Assembly (NCBI GenBank): GCA_007132495.1 | Contig: SLOL01000057.1 | Coordinates: forward strand, 28,994 to 92,993 | DNA: 64,000 nucleotides | DNA from: Balneolales bacterium | GTDB taxonomy: Bacteria > Bacteroidota > Rhodothermia > Balneolales > Natronogracilivirgulaceae | Direction of reading: 5' to 3' | Shown: positions 1-9,121 of the stretch, piece after piece | Position numbering within the stretch: position 1 is the stretch's first letter | Layout of the letters: every line of letters begins with the position of its first letter | Notes under the pieces: model-generated | The model's input: the letters and a program-made list of their open reading frames with translations, nothing else | What the model was told of the DNA's origin: nothing | Database searches by the model: none | Position numbers and translations under genes: made by a program

Positions 1-1210
1 CCAATTCTGCATGGAGGCCGGATTCGGCGGCCATGGCTTCCACCTCTCCGGCTACCTCATCAAGGTACTCATCCTCTGAATCGGGGTCGAAGTGGGTCAG
101 AAGCAGATGTTTCACGCTGTTTTTAGCGGCCCGCTCGACCACCATCTCCCAGGCGGAGTGGCCCCAGTTCCTCTTTTTGGCGTACTCCTCGAGATTGTAT
201 TGAGCATCGTGGATGAGCACATCCGCATCTGCTACAAACTCATCGAATTGATTTAGATACGGATCCCCCTTTGCATCCGAATCTGTTTTTTTCGAGCTCA
301 GCTCATTATCAGGACAGAAAACCACTTTGTTTTTACCGATCTGAATTTTATAGATCGCCGTCTCCACCGGATGATTTGCCGACATATACTGAATACTGTA
401 CCCGTCGAAGTGTTGAACCGAGTGACCCTGGGTGTGATACTCCAGGCGCGCCTGCAGCATTTGCGAAGTGACCGGGAAGTAGGTATAGGACATCTGGTCC
501 AGCAGCACCTCTTTGGTGTTACCGGCCATTTGCGGCGGCATATGAATATCAAAACGGTTATCGGGTGAATACAGAGGTTTGAAAAAAGGAAATCCCTGAA
601 TATGATCCCAGTGGGCATGGGTAAAAAATATCCGGCCGGATACGGTTCGTTTCGTTGCGGCAAGCCGGTTGCCCAAAGTCCGGATTCCGGAACCGGCATC
701 AAAGATCAACAGTTTTTCCTGTGCGGGAATCCTGACCTGAACACACATGGTGTTCCCGCCATATTGGGTGTATTTGCTGCCCGGACAGGGTATGGACCCG
801 CGAACGCCCCAAAAGGTGATTTCAATGGAATCACCGAGAATTTCATCGATTTTGTTGGCAAACAAACCGTAATCCATCGGCTTGTGGAAAAAATCCGTAA
901 CCCCCGAGGTCATGGCTATCTCTTTTTCCACCGGATAGTCGCGGGTGGTTAAAACCAGGATGGGAATTCCGCTTAACTCATCATCATCTTTCAACAATTT
1001 ACACAAGTGCAGGCCATTGCCATCAGGGAAATGAAGGTCCATGACAACCAAATCCGGCCTTACCTCTCTGACACGCTCAACGGCTCCTTCATAACTGTTA
1101 TGATGGATGAAGGTGTACCCCTTTTTCTCAAGAAACGAACCTACCAACTCACAAAGGGTAAGATCGTCCTCAATCATTAAAACCTTAATATTCTTGTTGT
1201 GAGCTGCCAT
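1..1210 (-). CDS. Response regulator receiver domain fused to an MBL-fold metallo-hydrolase (C-terminus runs off the window start)
   Basis: My own translation of the minus strand from the ATG (complement of 1208-1210) gives MAAHNKNIKVLMIEDD...DLVVMDLHFPDGNG, a CheY-like receiver. It continues to FFTHAHWDHIQGFPFF, the HxHxDH metallo-beta-lactamase motif. The frame stays open to position 1. It is missing from the ORF track because there is no in-window stop. Confidence 0.8.
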   Translation of the reverse strand, partial: MAAHNKNIKVLMIEDDLTLCELVGSFLEKKGYTFIHHNSYEGAVERVREVRPDLVVMDLHFPDGNGLHLCKLLKDDDELSGIPILVLTTRDYPVEKEIAMTSGVTDFFHKPMDYGLFANKIDEILGDSIEITFWGVRGSIPCPGSKYTQYGGNTMCVQVRIPAQEKLLIFDAGSGIRTLGNRLAATKRTVSGRIFFTHAHWDHIQGFPFFKPLYSPDNRFDIHMPPQMAGNTKEVLLDQMSYTYFPVTSQMLQARLEYHTQGHSVQHFDGYSIQYMSANHPVETAIYKIQIGKNKVVFCPDNELSSKKTDSDAKGDPYLNQFDEFVADADVLIHDAQYNLEEYAKKRNWGHSAWEMVVERAAKNSVKHLLLTHFDPDSEDEYLDEVAGEVEAMAAESGLHAEL

Positions 1211-1321
1211 TCAATGGGTTCGTTGCCTGACTTCTGATGCCTTCAATCTGTCGGTAAAATATTTTTAAAATCGTGAGAGCTTCTCTGGCTTCCTGAATCC
1301 GCAGTTGAGTAAAGAACGGAG

Positions 1322-3487
1322 CTAATCTTCTATCTTCCTTCGAAGCTCCTCCATTTTTTCCTGCTTTTCTTCCAGTTTCTTCTCTGCATTATCAATTTTC
1401 TGCTGAACCTCGTCAATCAGGGCATTTCCTTTACCTCCCGGATTGATAAACGTCATGGAATCCCGGTACCTTATTATTTCATCATGAAGCTTGTCACATT
1501 CCTTTTTCAGTTTATAGTACTCATCACGCAATGCACGGTCACCCGATCCTGAAACGGTTCTGCTTTCCGTACTGCCGGATGCTCTGCCGGCACCACGGAC
1601 ACGCTGATAGATTTTGTCACAAACCTCCTTGTATTCTTTTTCTACCTTGTTCTTCTTCTTTATCGGCACAAATCCGATTTTTTTAAACTCTTCCTGAAGA
1701 TTCTTTGCCAGTTTAACCGCATCCTGCGGATTTTCATGCTCTGTTAATTTCACGAGCTCAGAAAGAATCTCCTTCTTCTTCTCATAATTCGCTTTTTGCT
1801 CTTCCCGGATCTGGCGGTAGTGTTGCCGGCGATTTTCATAAAACGTGTCCATCGCCTTCTTGAAACGCCTCCATATTTTACCGGATTTCCTCCGTGGCAC
1901 CGGGCCTATCTCCTTCCACTGCTGCATCAGGGCATCCATCTGTTTCGATGTTTCCGCCCAATCTGTGCTGTTTGCGTATTCTTCCGCTTTCTCACACAAC
2001 AGAACCTTTTCTTTCAGATTCTGTTGCTCCTGCTCCCGAATAGTATCCAGATTATTGCTTTTCTTCTCATTGAACTTTTGGGTGGCCGCATTGAAGCGAT
2101 CCCACAGCTCATCGTTTTTCTCTTTTGGTACAGGGCCGGTTTTTTTCCACTTCTTGTGCAAATTGTTGATTTCACGCACGGCTTCAGCCATATCTTCTTT
2201 CTCCAGGAGAGCTTCGGCCTGCTCACACATCTTCGTTTTCTTCCGGATATTTTTTAATGTCTGATCCCGAAAAGCAGGATTGTGTTCAAACTTTTTATTG
2301 AAAAAATCATCCCGGATCGATTTGAACTGCTCCCAGATTTTATCAGACTGTTCAAGCGGAACATGCCCGATCTTTCGCCATTGCCTTGAGAGCTCTTCCA
2401 TTTCGTCATCCCGCTTCTCCCAGTTCTCGGTATCCGGTCCGGCTTCACTGACAATCTGTTTCATTTTGTCCAGTATCGCCAGTTTCCCGACAAGATTCTC
2501 CTCTTCTTTTTCGGCTTTCTTTACCAGGAACTCCACCTTCTTCTCATTAAACACTTTTAGAAGCTCCTGATATTTGTCCTCCTGCTGCCGGACTTCATCA
2601 TCATTGGGCAAATCCCGGATCTCTTCCCATTTACCCGTTATGGCACCTACCTGTTTGAATGCCTGCCATTTCTTTTGGTCTATGATATTCTGCAGCTGAT
2701 CCAGCAATCCGGCCCGCTTCTCAAGATTCGCTTTTTTCTTTTCTCTCCGTTTCTCCTGCCAGGCTGCTTTGCGCTCGGAAAAATATTTTCGGGCCGCTTC
2801 CCTCTCTTTCAGCAATTGATCGTAGCCGGGTTCAGAAACCAGCGATTCGTCCGCCTGGACCAGTTCATCCCACTTGAATCGGATATCATCCAGTTCATGC
2901 TGAACAAACTGCCAGTCACTTTTTTTAGAAAGCTCTTTCGCCTTATGGGTTAATTCGACCAGCTCTTTTAGCGTTTCCGGGTAATCCACCTCCGGCTGTT
3001 TCGTCTCCGGCTGTTTCGCTTCCGGCTGTTTCGCTTCCGGCTGTTTCGTCTCCGGCCGTTCCACCTCCGGCTGTTTCGTTTCCCCCACTTGACCTGTCCC
3101 CGTTTCCGGTTCCTTGTTATCATCAGGCATAATCTGCTGTTTGTCATCAGCAGATTCATCGGACGAGGTATTCGACAGTTCTTCTTTCACAGCATCTATT
3201 TCCCCCAGCAATGCCGTAAAATCACCAATAGCCTTTGCCGAAACAATCTCATTTTTCAGCTGTTCGATTTTTTCCAACCGTTCCGGCAGTTCTTTCTGAT
3301 TACGGATAATCTTGAGTGAGGCATCTGCATATTTTTCCCATACGGAAAACTGCTTTTTCAGATACTCCAGTGCCTCATCCACTTCGGCTGGGCTTACCTT
3401 CACAAGTTCCCTGCCCTGAAAATAGAGATTGTCTTCCTGACCTATGCGACCGTCACTCGTGACTGTTGAATGTGTATTTTCCATCAA
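1322..3487 (-). CDS. DUF349 domain-containing protein
   Basis: 721-aa ORF with repeated helical modules carrying the W..IG.VP......W.RF pattern (for example KKWKKTGPVPKEKNDELWDRFNAA and QQWKEIGPVPRRKSGKIWRRFKKA). This pattern is typical of DUF349. Confidence 0.8.
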   Translation of the reverse strand: MMENTHSTVTSDGRIGQEDNLYFQGRELVKVSPAEVDEALEYLKKQFSVWEKYADASLKIIRNQKELPERLEKIEQLKNEIVSAKAIGDFTALLGEIDAVKEELSNTSSDESADDKQQIMPDDNKEPETGTGQVGETKQPEVERPETKQPEAKQPEAKQPETKQPEVDYPETLKELVELTHKAKELSKKSDWQFVQHELDDIRFKWDELVQADESLVSEPGYDQLLKEREAARKYFSERKAAWQEKRREKKKANLEKRAGLLDQLQNIIDQKKWQAFKQVGAITGKWEEIRDLPNDDEVRQQEDKYQELLKVFNEKKVEFLVKKAEKEEENLVGKLAILDKMKQIVSEAGPDTENWEKRDDEMEELSRQWRKIGHVPLEQSDKIWEQFKSIRDDFFNKKFEHNPAFRDQTLKNIRKKTKMCEQAEALLEKEDMAEAVREINNLHKKWKKTGPVPKEKNDELWDRFNAATQKFNEKKSNNLDTIREQEQQNLKEKVLLCEKAEEYANSTDWAETSKQMDALMQQWKEIGPVPRRKSGKIWRRFKKAMDTFYENRRQHYRQIREEQKANYEKKKEILSELVKLTEHENPQDAVKLAKNLQEEFKKIGFVPIKKKNKVEKEYKEVCDKIYQRVRGAGRASGSTESRTVSGSGDRALRDEYYKLKKECDKLHDEIIRYRDSMTFINPGGKGNALIDEVQQKIDNAEKKLEEKQEKMEELRRKIED
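2991..3080. repeat. Six tandem 15-nt units (tccggctgtttcgyy) inside the DUF349 CDS, encoding (PE[T/A]KQ)n
   Basis: Read directly from the sequence: units start at 2991, 3006, 3021, 3036, 3051 (degenerate) and 3066. The protein reads ETKQPEVERPETKQPEAKQPEAKQPETKQPEV. Confidence 0.9.
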
Positions 3488-3677
3488 TTACCAAATACGA
3501 TTTAATCGATCTGTTTTATTTGGACCGGCACCCATGGGTACTGAACGTCTGTTCATAGCCGGGTTAACGGGTCAATATTACCTTGAATGAGACAGATTTC
3601 GAAGAGATATAGCTTTACAGAATAACAAAAAATACCCGAATAATAAATATAGGAGAACGCAACAGAACTCCACAGCA

Positions 3678-4472
3678 TTATTTTTTCATGGCGGCTTCTC
3701 CTCCCAAAAGACCGATTTTCACAGGCAGCCACCTGGCAAGCAGGTATGGGACCCAAAGGGAAGCCCTTGACAAGGACATGGGCCGGTTCCGGCTCAGGCC
3801 CCGCAGCCCCTTCTCTGCAACAATACCGGGCTTCTGCAAGCCCCGAAATGCCGCCCTGTTCCGGTCCACTTCGGCAACATCAATAAAAGCTGTATCAACC
3901 GGACCAGGGCAAAGTACCGTAACATGTATACCGGTCTGTTTCAATTCGTGCCACAAACTCCAGCTGAAGTTGATCACAAACTGCTTCGTTGCCGAATACA
4001 CTGAAAAGTAAGGTATCGGCAAAAAGCCGGCCATGGATGCCACATTCAGCACTCCTCCCCTGTTCCGGGCGATCATTCCGGGAAGAAGAAGCCGGGTCAG
4101 AATTACCGGTGCCGTAACATTCACCGGTATCATCTGCTCATACGTCTCGGTATCAGCTTTTTCAAATTTACCGTTATATCCAAACCCGGCATTATTGATC
4201 AGAATATCCACCTCAAGATTTTGCCTGACAAGCTCATCGAACAACTGCCGGGGTCCGGACGGATCTGACAAATCACAGGGAATCACCTCAACGGCAACAT
4301 TAAATTCGTCAGCCAACTTCCCGGCCAATTGATCGAGCCTGTCCTTGCGTCGTGCTGTTAAAATGATTTCGGCCCCGTATGAGGCAAGTAATCGTGCAAA
4401 AGAGACTCCGATTCCGGATGATGCTCCCGTGATCAATACTTTTTTGCTTTTGTAATAGTGCATGTGTAACAT
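3678..4472 (-). CDS. SDR family oxidoreductase (short-chain dehydrogenase/reductase)
   Basis: N-terminal KKVLITGASSGIG Rossmann motif, an NNAG motif, and YSATK matching the catalytic YxxxK. Confidence 0.85.
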   Translation of the reverse strand: MLHMHYYKSKKVLITGASSGIGVSFARLLASYGAEIILTARRKDRLDQLAGKLADEFNVAVEVIPCDLSDPSGPRQLFDELVRQNLEVDILINNAGFGYNGKFEKADTETYEQMIPVNVTAPVILTRLLLPGMIARNRGGVLNVASMAGFLPIPYFSVYSATKQFVINFSWSLWHELKQTGIHVTVLCPGPVDTAFIDVAEVDRNRAAFRGLQKPGIVAEKGLRGLSRNRPMSLSRASLWVPYLLARWLPVKIGLLGGEAAMKK

Positions 4473-4631
4473 TTATGAAATGGTTATTATACTGCTCGCC
4501 TTCCCGGGCCGGCAACCTGTCGACAAGATAATCGTATAATCAGCAATACCGTGCAAATTGTAATATGCCAATGCCGGCCGGGGGCCCTTCCTTTTCCGGA
4601 CAATTCGCATTGCGTCTTTTTTTGATCAAGC

Positions 4632-5804
4632 ATGATAACACCACCCCGTGATTACACGATACTGGTTGTTGAAAATAACCAGTTCAATATTGAATTGTTG
4701 TTGAGTATCCTGATTCAACACGATTACCGCCTTGCTGCCGCAACCACTGGTAAAAAAGCGCTCCGAATCTGTGAGGAGATCACTCCGGACCTGATCCTCA
4801 TGGATGTTCAGATGCCCGACATGGACGGGTTTGAAACGGCGAAAAAACTACTGAAGAACGAAAAAACTCGCCATATCCCCATTCTTTTCACATCAACCTT
4901 TTCCGACAGTAAAAACATTCTGCGCTGTTTCGAAAGCGGCGGTGTTGATTACATCAGCAAACCTTTCAAAAAGAATGAGCTTCTTGCCCGCATCAACACG
5001 CACCTTTCTCTTAAAAATCTAAGAGAACAGCTTGAGACCGACCGGGACCATCTTACGGCCATTCTGCAAAACATGTTACCCGCCGAAGTGATCCGGTCAC
5101 TGAAGAATGGATCCTTTCCAAATCCCCGGTTTGTTGAAAAAGCGGCGGTACTTTTCACTGATTTTAAAAACTTCAGTGACCTCACCCACAAAGTCGGATC
5201 CAACGAGAGTGTCAGACATCTGAATCAGCTTTACTTCGTTTTTGATAAAATTGTAGCCGAATTCGGGCTGGAACGGATTAAAACCATTGGCGATGCCTAT
5301 TTTTCAGTCGGTGGCATAAACACCACTCCCGACAACCTCTATTTATCACCCGTGTTGGCCGGTCTCAAGATGCAGGAGTTTGTCCGTTACTACAATACCC
5401 TGCAGACGAATATCCGATGGGAGCTGCGCATAGGAGTAACAATCGGCCCTGTAACCTCGGGTGTTATCGGATATCAAAAGATCGCATATGATGTATGGGG
5501 AGATACGGTGAATTTTGCCCAAAGACTCGAAAGCAGAGCAGATCCGGGTCAGGTTGCTGTTCCGGAGCATGTCTATCAAAAAATCCATGACCAGGTTGAA
5601 GTCTCCCGGCTGGATGTTCTCGATTCCTCCACCTGGGGCCGTTTCAAGTTATATCAATGCAAAGGGATCTCAGACCAGATTCCCGCATCCCAGATCAGCA
5701 AGCTGCAGAGGATGGATCCCGAAAGCATGTTGCACGAAGTTTCCGACAAAAAAAGCATTCTCGGCAGGATTTTCCATCTGCCCGGCCGGACAGAGCCGGA
5801 CTAA
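4632..5804 (+). CDS. Response regulator receiver fused to a class III adenylate/guanylate cyclase domain
   Basis: Receiver motif DLILMDVQMPDMDGFE. Cyclase motifs VLFTDFKNFS, IKTIGDAYFSVGG and WGDTVNFAQRLES. Confidence 0.85.
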   Translation: MITPPRDYTILVVENNQFNIELLLSILIQHDYRLAAATTGKKALRICEEITPDLILMDVQMPDMDGFETAKKLLKNEKTRHIPILFTSTFSDSKNILRCFESGGVDYISKPFKKNELLARINTHLSLKNLREQLETDRDHLTAILQNMLPAEVIRSLKNGSFPNPRFVEKAAVLFTDFKNFSDLTHKVGSNESVRHLNQLYFVFDKIVAEFGLERIKTIGDAYFSVGGINTTPDNLYLSPVLAGLKMQEFVRYYNTLQTNIRWELRIGVTIGPVTSGVIGYQKIAYDVWGDTVNFAQRLESRADPGQVAVPEHVYQKIHDQVEVSRLDVLDSSTWGRFKLYQCKGISDQIPASQISKLQRMDPESMLHEVSDKKSILGRIFHLPGRTEPD

Positions 5805-5837
5805 CAGCGACAGCCATTATCAACGCTCCGTTCTCCC

Positions 5838-6686
5838 TCAGTCAGGCGATTCCCCTCCGTTGTTTGAATAAAGATGAACATCCCGTTGCGGAAACGGAAT
5901 CGTGACCCCCTCTTTGTCGAACCGCTGTTTGATAGCCTTGGTAAGGTCAAGTCTGGTCATCCAGAACTCGGCACTCAGTGTCCATGGTCTTACAAGCAAA
6001 TTCACAGAACTGTTCCCCAGCTCGCCTACGGCCACCAGCGGCTCCGGCTCCTTTAGCACGCGGTCATCGGCATCCAGCACTTCGTGAATAACCCGGATCG
6101 CCTTGTCAATATCATCTCCATAGCTGATTCCGAACACCATATCCACCCGGCGGGTTTCATTCCTGGAATAGTTCATGATTTCGGTCCCCCAGATACGGGC
6201 GTTGGGTACTATCAGGAAGATATTTTCCAGGGTATGCATTTTGGTCACGAAAAGACCGACCTCATCAACAATACCGTTAATACCTCCTGCATTGACAAAA
6301 TCCCCCACTCTGAACGGCCGGAATGACAGCATCATTACACCGGCAGCCACATTGCTCAATGTACCCTGCATGGCAAGACCTATGGTAAGACCAGCGACAC
6401 CCAGCAGAGCAACAAGACTGGCTGTTTCGAAGCCGAATTTCGAAAGAACGGCAATAATCGTTGCGAATAATATCAGATATTTGACCGTTTTGACGATCAA
6501 TGGCGTCAGTGTCTGATCAATACGCTCGGAATCTTCACAAATCTTCCCGGTCCGCTTGCTTAACCAACCGGCGACCAGCCAACCGAGGATTAGAATCAGA
6601 ACAGCTCCCAACACATTCAGTGCATAGGAAATAATCTCCATGACAAACAACGATTCCACATCTCCGAATTGGTTCAATGCGTCCAT
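5838..6686 (-). CDS. Mechanosensitive ion channel family protein (MscS-like)
   Basis: Three N-terminal TM helices followed by the MscS signature region GTLSNVAAGVMMLSFRPFRVGDFV. Confidence 0.8.
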   Translation of the reverse strand: MDALNQFGDVESLFVMEIISYALNVLGAVLILILGWLVAGWLSKRTGKICEDSERIDQTLTPLIVKTVKYLILFATIIAVLSKFGFETASLVALLGVAGLTIGLAMQGTLSNVAAGVMMLSFRPFRVGDFVNAGGINGIVDEVGLFVTKMHTLENIFLIVPNARIWGTEIMNYSRNETRRVDMVFGISYGDDIDKAIRVIHEVLDADDRVLKEPEPLVAVGELGNSSVNLLVRPWTLSAEFWMTRLDLTKAIKQRFDKEGVTIPFPQRDVHLYSNNGGESPD

Positions 6687-6720
6687 ATTACCCCTCTATA
6701 GGAATTTTAATCATTTAAAA

Positions 6721-6750
6721 GAAAGCGGGTCTGTTTGCAGACCCGCTTTC
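6721..6750 (-). terminator. Rho-independent terminator downstream of dps (potentially bidirectional)
   Basis: Perfect hairpin GAAAGCGGGTCTG-TTTG-CAGACCCGCTTTC with T-rich flanks on both strands. It lies 41 nt after the dps stop. Confidence 0.75.
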
Positions 6751-6790
6751 TTGTTTGATACTTTGCATTAACGCTCTTGCTCCGGATGAT

Positions 6791-7285
6791 TTACTGGAGA
6801 TGACTGCGCAGCATCCAGGCCACTTTCGAATGATTGCGCAACCGTTCGGTAACAAGATCCAGTGAAGCTTCATCACCGGCCTCTTCACAAGCCGGCAACG
6901 CTTTACGTGCGGTCCGTATTACGGCCTCATTGGATTCCAGCAGCCGCTGAATCATCGTCCGGTCATCCGGCACTTCCTCCTCTTCCGTAATCGTGGTCAG
7001 TTTGCTGTACTCCTTGAACGATCCGGGGGCAAAATGTCCGATAATACGGATCTGCTCGGCAATATCATCGACCGCTGCAGCCAGTTCGGTGTACTGCTCC
7101 TCAAACATGGCGTGAAGCGTCTGAAAATTCATGCCGGTCACATTCCAGTGATAGTTGTGTGTCTTCAAATACAGCATATACGTATCCGCCAGTAACGGGC
7201 TCAGTGCTTTGGCAATTTTTTCGCGCTGCTCATCCGAAATGCCGATATTAATATTTGAGTCGGTTTTTTCTCGTATGGTATCCAT
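6791..7285 (-). CDS. dps: Dps family DNA starvation/stationary-phase protection protein
   Basis: LYLKTHNYHWNVTGMNFQTLHAMFEEQY ferritin-like motif. I chose the internal ATG at 7285 (MDTIREK...), which is preceded by AAAGGAG. The track ORF extends to 7387 and would overlap the upstream gene. Confidence 0.85.
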   Translation of the reverse strand: MDTIREKTDSNINIGISDEQREKIAKALSPLLADTYMLYLKTHNYHWNVTGMNFQTLHAMFEEQYTELAAAVDDIAEQIRIIGHFAPGSFKEYSKLTTITEEEEVPDDRTMIQRLLESNEAVIRTARKALPACEEAGDEASLDLVTERLRNHSKVAWMLRSHLQ

Positions 7286-7349
7286 TGGTACTCCTTTTTT
7301 TTTATACTTTGATCCTTCCTTTTCTACTTTTTCGTAACGTCTGCCTTTT

Positions 7350-8078
7350 TCAATTCGTTCTGTTTTTATTCTTGTAATAGACCACAAGTCTTTTCAGATC
7401 TTTGGGCATGGGGGCTGTTATCCCGATAATATCATCACTTACCGGATGAACAAACTCCAGTCGTGAGGCATGGAGGGCCTGACGATTAATAAGCTTTTCT
7501 TCCTCTTCATCGGTGACGTAATGCCTGTCTCCCACGGTGGGATGACCAATTTCCGCCAGTTGAACCCGGATCTGATTTTTGAGTCCCGTATCGAGGGCCA
7601 CCTCTATCAGACTGGTGTCGGAGTAGCGCTCAACCACCCGATACAACATCCGGGCTTTTGTCCCTTCCGGGTCGGTTTCAGGGACCACTACATTCCGGAA
7701 CCCCTCCGATATCCGCTTTAAATAGTGGATCAGCTCTCCCTCCGGCGGATCCGGTATACCACGTACCAGCGCCAAATAGATCCTTGCCGGTTCATGATTC
7801 CGGAATTGTCTGATGAGCCGGGTGCGAGCCTGCCGGCTTTTGGCAAAAAGCACTGCGCCGCTGGTAAAGCGGTCAATCCGGTGGACCGTAAGCGCTCTTC
7901 GCTTCTGGTTTTCGAGATACCGGTCGAGGCATTCCTGAAGATTGGCCGACTTCATTCCGGGTACCGGCACGCTCAGGATGCCCGCCGGTTTGTTAACCGC
8001 AATAAGGTGTTTGTCCTCAAACAGGATTTCGGCCCGATCCCTCGGAGTCAAACTGACATAGCGCTTCGTTTTCTTCAT
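7350..8078 (-). CDS. RluA family pseudouridine synthase
   Basis: HRIDRFTSGAVLFAKS catalytic motif and LIAVNKPAGILSVP. Start set at MKKTKRY (ATG at 8078) rather than the track start at 8162. Confidence 0.8.
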   Translation of the reverse strand: MKKTKRYVSLTPRDRAEILFEDKHLIAVNKPAGILSVPVPGMKSANLQECLDRYLENQKRRALTVHRIDRFTSGAVLFAKSRQARTRLIRQFRNHEPARIYLALVRGIPDPPEGELIHYLKRISEGFRNVVVPETDPEGTKARMLYRVVERYSDTSLIEVALDTGLKNQIRVQLAEIGHPTVGDRHYVTDEEEEKLINRQALHASRLEFVHPVSDDIIGITAPMPKDLKRLVVYYKNKNRTN

Positions 8079-8091
8079 GATATCCCAAAGG

Positions 8092-8655
8092 TTAACGTTG
8101 CCCGCTCTCCTCCAGCCTGTGGAGGAAAAGCCGGCTCTCCCGGTCATCCGGAAACCTGGCAACGCAATTGATCATGACCACCCTGGCTTCGTTCAACTTT
8201 TTCAGATGCACCAGAACGGCCGCATAGTTCCGCAGAATAAGCGGGGTTTCTCCGCCATGTTTGATACTGGCAAGAATGGTATTTTCAGCTTCAGCGTATT
8301 TACGTTGAGCGACCTGCGCATCGAACAGTTCGTTCAAAATTCCGACATGTTCCGGCCAGTGACCAAGAGCATCACGATAGGATGCTTCGGCCTGTTGCCA
8401 GAAACCAAGCAGGCTGCAGACCGATCCCATCATAAAACGGGCAAAAGCAAGATCGTCACCGGTAGTGCACTCCAGCAGATCCACCAGTTCATCGCCGATG
8501 CGGCGCAATCGTTTTTCCGATTCATGAATGGACCGCTCGTCTTTTTTGTTTTCGGCGGCATCCATCCGGTCTGAAAGATCCACTATCTCCTCAGACAGTT
8601 CCAACAAGGTGTTTTTTTCCGGAGTAGGGGCGTCTTTCGTCATAACACGGTACAC
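8092..8655 (-). CDS. Hypothetical protein, TPR-like helical repeats
   Basis: 187-aa ORF, co-directional with and 13 nt upstream of the pseudouridine synthase gene. Helical-repeat composition only; no catalytic motif recognised. Confidence 0.5.
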   Translation of the reverse strand: MYRVMTKDAPTPEKNTLLELSEEIVDLSDRMDAAENKKDERSIHESEKRLRRIGDELVDLLECTTGDDLAFARFMMGSVCSLLGFWQQAEASYRDALGHWPEHVGILNELFDAQVAQRKYAEAENTILASIKHGGETPLILRNYAAVLVHLKKLNEARVVMINCVARFPDDRESRLFLHRLEESGQR

Positions 8656-8683
8656 TCCTGCCGCAACGGCAAGCCGGCGTCTG

Positions 8684-9040
8684 TCAAGTGCTTAATTCCA
8701 CGCCATGAACATTTCGGAGGATCTGTTCCGCGTTCTTATCCTTGTTTTGCATGACCCGGTGCTCAAGATTGGTTACAATCCCGGGGCTTGCCTCTTCATA
8801 TGCCTCTTCTTTCGCCTGGTCGGGCGTGGTGGTGCGGATCAGTGAGTAAATATCATCAGCACGAATAACACTGTAGAGTCCATCCTCATTAAAAGCGTGA
8901 GAACGCAACTCTTCGTATTTTTCGAACAGCGCTGAAAAAGCATGCGAATCCCCTGCTTTTTCCAGAATTTCAACATCCTTCGGACCTTCGGCGCTCAAAG
9001 GAATATGGCAGAGATAATAGAATTTTTCCTGATACAGCAT
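8684..9040 (-). CDS. Hypothetical protein
   Basis: 118-aa ORF in the same co-directional cluster, with tight spacing to its neighbours. No motif recognised. Confidence 0.45.
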   Translation of the reverse strand: MLYQEKFYYLCHIPLSAEGPKDVEILEKAGDSHAFSALFEKYEELRSHAFNEDGLYSVIRADDIYSLIRTTTPDQAKEEAYEEASPGIVTNLEHRVMQNKDKNAEQILRNVHGVELST

Positions 9041-9121
9041 GTGAATGGGTTATAAGATAACGTGAGTAGTCGTGATGTCTTTGCAGAAGGTTAAAGTTAC
9101 AAAAATATGAAACAAAATCCG

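Noticed and set aside
6791-7387. Track-length versions of several ORFs with N-terminal extensions (dps to 7387, rluA-family to 8162, comEA to 43167, LysM/RlpA from 28134, lipoprotein from 53498, acidic protein from 60102, hypothetical from 10632, yggS from 56858)
   Set aside because: The extensions overlap upstream genes or precede obvious signal peptides or canonical N-termini. Internal ATG starts give family-typical N-termini.
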